Source of the DNA: Candidatus Bathyarchaeota archaeon
GTDB taxonomy: Archaea > Thermoproteota > Bathyarchaeia > Bathyarchaeales > Bathycorpusculaceae
Assembly (NCBI GenBank): GCA_963832745.1
Contig: CAWHVC010000001.1
Location: 512,001 to 576,000 of the forward strand
Direction of reading: 5' to 3'
Length of the DNA: 64,000 bases
Part shown: piece by piece, positions 60,003 through 64,000 of the stretch
Position numbering within the stretch: position 1 is the stretch's first letter
Layout: each line of letters opens with the position of its first letter
Notes under the pieces: generated by a model
Seen by the model: only the letters and a program-made list of their open reading frames with translations
Told to the model about the DNA's origin: nothing
Database searches by the model: none
Position numbers and translations under genes: made by a program

Positions 60003-60884
60003 TTACCTCGGTGGAGTCATTGAGTCAACAAGCAACAGCATGATGCCTACACCCGCTGGCGTAACAAGGAAAGTTAATAATGTCAAAGCAACTTGGGGAT
60101 CAATGCCGCCCATCATATCTGCGCCGCCGCCTAAGAAGGACATGATTGAAAGCATAACAACCAAGGCAAGTGGCAATGCAATCATGAAGCTAACGTAAAC
60201 TTCAGCCATACCGCCTAAGCTTTCAAGAAAACTTTTCATGCTGGCCATACGAGCTTTCTTAAACTTATCAGATTCATCACGCAGGTAGCTTGCTAAGTCG
60301 CCACCCATGTGTGAAGTTGTTACTACTCCGTCAAGTAAAGCACCGAATTTTTTTGAAGCAGAACGTTTTGCGCTGGCTTTTAGGGCTCCGTCAAGGTCAA
60401 GACCCATTAATTCAATGTCAGCGATTGTGCGTCTCATTTCCTGGCCTACACCGAATTCGTCACCCACGTTTGCCAGGGAGCGGAAGATGCGTTCGGGGGG
60501 CATGCCGGAACTTGCTAGGACTGCTAAGAAGTTTGCGGTTAATGGCAGGTTGGCGTCGATTTTTCTTGCGTTTGTTGAGATTGCAAAGTATGGGTAAACA
60601 TAGCAGGTTGCACCTGCAATCAAAGCTGAGACTACTCCCAGCAAAATTGCAAAACCCAAAGCCGAAAGAACAGGCATTATCAATGATGAAATTAGGAAAA
60701 TTACTATAAAACAGGCTATTCCTGTAATGCCTGAAGCAAAAACGGATAAGCCCATGTAGGCTTCAAAAGTCATTTTTAAGCTGGCTTTTGAGAGGTTTTC
60801 TTGCAGTGGCCCTATCTTGGCAGTTAAAGTTTTAGGAACATAACTGCTGATCTTTAAGAAAAGGGAGAGCAACTGCTTATTCAT
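60003..60884 (-). CDS. Type IV pilus membrane platform protein (T2SS F/TadB-like)
   Basis: IDANLP..LASSGM, IELMGLD..AL..SAS, MGGDLASYL. Confidence 0.9.
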   Translation of the reverse strand: MNKQLLSLFLKISSYVPKTLTAKIGPLQENLSKASLKMTFEAYMGLSVFASGITGIACFIVIFLISSLIMPVLSALGFAILLGVVSALIAGATCYVYPYFAISTNARKIDANLPLTANFLAVLASSGMPPERIFRSLANVGDEFGVGQEMRRTIADIELMGLDLDGALKASAKRSASKKFGALLDGVVTTSHMGGDLASYLRDESDKFKKARMASMKSFLESLGGMAEVYVSFMIALPLALVVMLSIMSFLGGGADMMGGIDPQVALTLLTFLVTPAGVGIMLLLVDSMTPPR

Positions 60885-62551
60885 GCTTTTAATGCCTCTT
60901 TAAGGACCAAGTCTGGTTTTTCAACGTATGAACGGATAATGTTTGATACTTCTTTGTAGTTGCGCAATTTCTTGTTTTGCATCCACTCTACAATTTTGGT
61001 TCTGCGTTGTATTTCTTCTAAGGCTTCCTCGGTGCTTATGCCCTTTTTCTCTGCAATCTTTTCAAGGATGTAACTGCGTCCGGTAAAGTCGAAGGTATCC
61101 TGTGCAGGGTTCCACCTGTAAACCTCGTTGGTTAAGATTTCTCCTGAGCGGGGGTCTAAACCTACGATTTCTGAGGTTGCAACGGTTTTGCGTACCGGTT
61201 TACCGTTTAATTCAACTCTTTTCTGGACAAGGATAATATCTATGCCGGCGATGAGCGTTCTTGGAATGTTCATTGGCGCGGATTCTAAACGGTAAACGGT
61301 GGATTCAACTGATTCAGCGTGAACAGTGGACATGCCCAAGTGGCCAGTGCTAACTGCCTGAAACAGCGTGTAAGCTTCTTCACCTCTGATTTCACCCACA
61401 ATGATATAGTCGGGTCTTTGACGCAAAGACGCCTTTAGTAAGTCAAACAAGGTGACGTCGGCTGATTCTGTTGCGAGCCCAAAGTGGGTTCTTGTTGTTG
61501 CAGGAATCCAGTTTTCATGTGGCAAATTCAACTCGGGTGTGTCTTCGATAGAAACAACTTTAAGGTCAGGCTTGATGAACATGCTTAAGCAGTTAAGCAA
61601 AGTGGTTTTTCCAGCCGCGATACCTCCAGCGACCAAAATTGAAACCCTGTTTTCAACTGCGTACCAGAAAAACGCCGCCATTTCCGGTGAAAGACTACGG
61701 TAAGTTACAAGGTCAGTTATTGTGAAGGGGTCAATTTTGAATTTTCGGATAGTGAAAGTGGAGCCTTTGCGGGTGACTTCGCTGCCGTAGGTAAGGTTGA
61801 TTCTGCTGCCGTCTGGCAGGGTAGCGTCAAGCAGGGGTTGAGCGATTGAAACGTGGCTGCCACACATGTAAGCTAAACGAAGCGCGAAAGAGTCAAGCTC
61901 TCTGGCAGTGTCAAACTTTATGTTAGTTGAAATCGATTCAAACTTGCGGTGCCAAATATACAAGGGCACATCAATGCCGTCGCAGGACACATCTTCAATT
62001 AGTTGATCATGCATTAAGGCGTCAATTTTGCCAAAACCCAAATTATCCCGCACAATATAGTAAAGCAGTTTGTTGCGGTCCTCTTGAGATAGCTTAAAGT
62101 TGTATGAGTCCATGATTTCCTGGCAAGCCTTAAGCAGGTACTGTGAAGCTGCCTTCTTGGACTGCATATCTTTAGGTTTTAGCACCAGAACTTGGTTTAG
62201 GATTTCTCGTAACCGTTGAAGATTAACTACGTCAGATGCTGTAAGTTTTGGCTCGTCAATAACGTAGTAAACGTTGCCTCTTCTGCGGTCACGAACAATG
62301 TTAATGTAACAGAACGGAGGGTTAATCGGGTAAGTTTCAAGAATCTCAGCGTCAATCGGGACAGAAACAGGCTTAACAATGTCATCATCGACGGGTTCAG
62401 GTTGGGGGGTAAACTTTGGTTTTCTAAAACCTGTTTTTAGTTTGAGCTCTTTCTTTAGAGGCTCAGTTGTTTTCTGTTCAACGTCTTCTGTGACGGTGGC
62501 CTGTTTTTTCTTGTCGAATCGTTTTTTTATGTTGCCCCATTGAGTTCCCAT
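60881..62551 (-). CDS. Type IV pilus assembly ATPase (VirB11/ArlI-like)
   Basis: IEDVSCDG, DATLPDGSRI, GGIAAGKTT, SIEDTPEL, LRQRPDYIIVGEIRG, TGH. Confidence 0.96.
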   Translation of the reverse strand: MGTQWGNIKKRFDKKKQATVTEDVEQKTTEPLKKELKLKTGFRKPKFTPQPEPVDDDIVKPVSVPIDAEILETYPINPPFCYINIVRDRRRGNVYYVIDEPKLTASDVVNLQRLREILNQVLVLKPKDMQSKKAASQYLLKACQEIMDSYNFKLSQEDRNKLLYYIVRDNLGFGKIDALMHDQLIEDVSCDGIDVPLYIWHRKFESISTNIKFDTARELDSFALRLAYMCGSHVSIAQPLLDATLPDGSRINLTYGSEVTRKGSTFTIRKFKIDPFTITDLVTYRSLSPEMAAFFWYAVENRVSILVAGGIAAGKTTLLNCLSMFIKPDLKVVSIEDTPELNLPHENWIPATTRTHFGLATESADVTLFDLLKASLRQRPDYIIVGEIRGEEAYTLFQAVSTGHLGMSTVHAESVESTVYRLESAPMNIPRTLIAGIDIILVQKRVELNGKPVRKTVATSEIVGLDPRSGEILTNEVYRWNPAQDTFDFTGRSYILEKIAEKKGISTEEALEEIQRRTKIVEWMQNKKLRNYKEVSNIIRSYVEKPDLVLKEALKA

Positions 62552-62647
62552 GTTAGTCCCCTCTCGTGAGATAGATGATAATGATAACTTGATATTTAAA
62601 AATTAAAAAAAGGAAAGATAGACTTGTTTTGCTTAGCAATTCCTGTT

Positions 62648-63112
62648 TTATGGGAATATCTTTGTTACTTCGCTGAATGTTCCGCCTGCGGTAGCGACTT
62701 TAATGTTGAAGACATCGCCTGAGTGAACGCTTGTAACACCTGCATCAATTTGCGTAGTTGAACCCTGACCGAGATTACCATTACTATCTAAACCGCCAAC
62801 AGGACCTGCAGCAGCAATCAAAGTGCCGTTAATGTATAAGCATTGACCAGTCGTTAGTTTTATTGATCCTTCACCTACGTTTTGCACATAAACTGAAATC
62901 TGTGGGCTACCAACAGTTGAATTTGAGACGCTTTGAATTTGTATAGCTTGGCCTGTCTTAGCGGTTTGGAAGTTCATGTATCCCATAACCCAAGCGTATG
63001 CTACTAGTGAAGCTACGACTGCGACTGCAATCATGAGCAGCACTGAAATTACTGGCGAAATTGCCTTTACATTTTTACGGATTTTTCTAAAGTTTTTATT
63101 AAAGTTAAACAT
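62648..63112 (-). CDS. Probable major type IV pilin (154 aa)
   Basis: KNVKA|ISPVISVLLMIAVAVVASLVAYAW; short single domain, first gene of the operon. Confidence 0.9.
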   Translation of the reverse strand: MFNFNKNFRKIRKNVKAISPVISVLLMIAVAVVASLVAYAWVMGYMNFQTAKTGQAIQIQSVSNSTVGSPQISVYVQNVGEGSIKLTTGQCLYINGTLIAAAGPVGGLDSNGNLGQGSTTQIDAGVTSVHSGDVFNIKVATAGGTFSEVTKIFP

Positions 63113-63359
63113 TTTTTTGTGTTCCCTTCTCCTTTGTTTTTCCTTGTTAGGAAGTTAACGCCAATTATGCCGTAGGTCATTTATTAGGCTAGCTGGTGAA
63201 CATATACATAATAATCATCTACCGAAAACCGACATATTCAAAAGTAAAAAGTAACCAAAATAAATCCTCCCAGAGGTTAAAACACTGATATAACAGGTGG
63301 CTAAGCACTAAAGGTTTAACAAAGGGCTTAACACATAAAAAAAGGAGAACGATCACAAC

Positions 63360-64000
63360 ATGAAGTTCCTGAAAACAGGCATAGCCGGCTTTGACGAATT
63401 CCTACAAGGTGGATTACCACCACGCGTCCTACTGCTTTTGGGATCGCCTGGTTCAGGAAACGAGATTTTTGCAAGACAAATCATTTACAACAAAGCCAAA
63501 CAGAGCAAAATCACATACTTCACCTTTAACACAGCCTTTGACACCGTAAAAGAAGACATGGCAGCCTACGGATGGGACATAACACCGCTTCAGGAAAACG
63601 GCAACTGGAAATTCGTAAACCTCAAAGCCTCAAAAAAACCAGTAGACGACATCATAAATGAAATAAAAGAAAACCGTTCAATCATTCTAGACTCACTCTC
63701 AGAACTGCTGTTCACACAAAAAACTGCTGACGAAGCCATCCGCCTAATTATAGAATTGACCAGCCAAAATAGGCAAACACAGGAATGTCAAATGCTACTC
63801 TTAACAGAAGGAATGCAAGACCTAAAAACTGAAACAACAATGCAGCATTTCGCTGAAGGAGTAATTGATTTTGCCGTAACTTGGACTGCGGATTCTACAG
63901 TGCGGCATGTGGCTGTTAAAAAGTTGAGCGGTATGCTGGTTCCAAATAGACGACTGCTTTATTCAATTGGCAAGAAGGGTTTTGTGATAGAAACAGCAAC
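63360..64000 (+). CDS. KaiC/RAD55-like ATPase-fold protein (runs off window)
   Basis: MKFLKTGIAGFDEFLQGGLP..GSPGSGNE, ILDSLSEL, HFAEGVIDF; not in ORF track. Confidence 0.88.
   Translation, partial: MKFLKTGIAGFDEFLQGGLPPRVLLLLGSPGSGNEIFARQIIYNKAKQSKITYFTFNTAFDTVKEDMAAYGWDITPLQENGNWKFVNLKASKKPVDDIINEIKENRSIILDSLSELLFTQKTADEAIRLIIELTSQNRQTQECQMLLLTEGMQDLKTETTMQHFAEGVIDFAVTWTADSTVRHVAVKKLSGMLVPNRRLLYSIGKKGFVIETA

Noticed and set aside
58259-63112. Archaellum operon
   Set aside because: No recognisable ArlB/ArlF/ArlG genes; two separate TadB/C-like platform genes and ISPVI-type pilins indicate a type IV pilus.
1-64000. CRISPR array, rRNA or DGR
   Set aside because: No regularly spaced repeats, rRNA-like sequence, cas genes or reverse transcriptase seen.

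Overview
Archaeal chromosome segment, most likely Bathyarchaeia/TACK (inferred from rpS30e, a crenarchaeal-type SSB, gatDE, TBP and Elp3 together with a bacterial-type uvrBAC operon). Housekeeping genes (ileS, trmI, gatDE, adk6, ncsA/ttuA, tbp, rps30e, elp3, ssb, malic enzyme, antiporters) are interleaved with accessory DNA. The main finding is a complete 3,559-bp IS6-related transposon (30628-34186) inserted between tbp and rps30e, with perfect 23-bp terminal inverted repeats and a 9-bp target duplication. Besides its DDE transposase it carries an RHH regulator, a small SHOCT-like ORF, a frameshifted ParA-like ATPase and an unknown ORF. It also carries an intact tRNA cloverleaf with an ACT anticodon, a short variable arm and Arg-type identity elements, preceded by a long hairpin. 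Also present: a 4.3-kb island bounded by a duplicated 5' end of the adenylate kinase gene (with a HEPN-motif protein), a dispersed CCTACCCC/GGGGTAGG non-coding repeat family, and a type IV pilus locus with a tandem array of pilin-adhesin fusions. All calls were made by eye; no searches were run.
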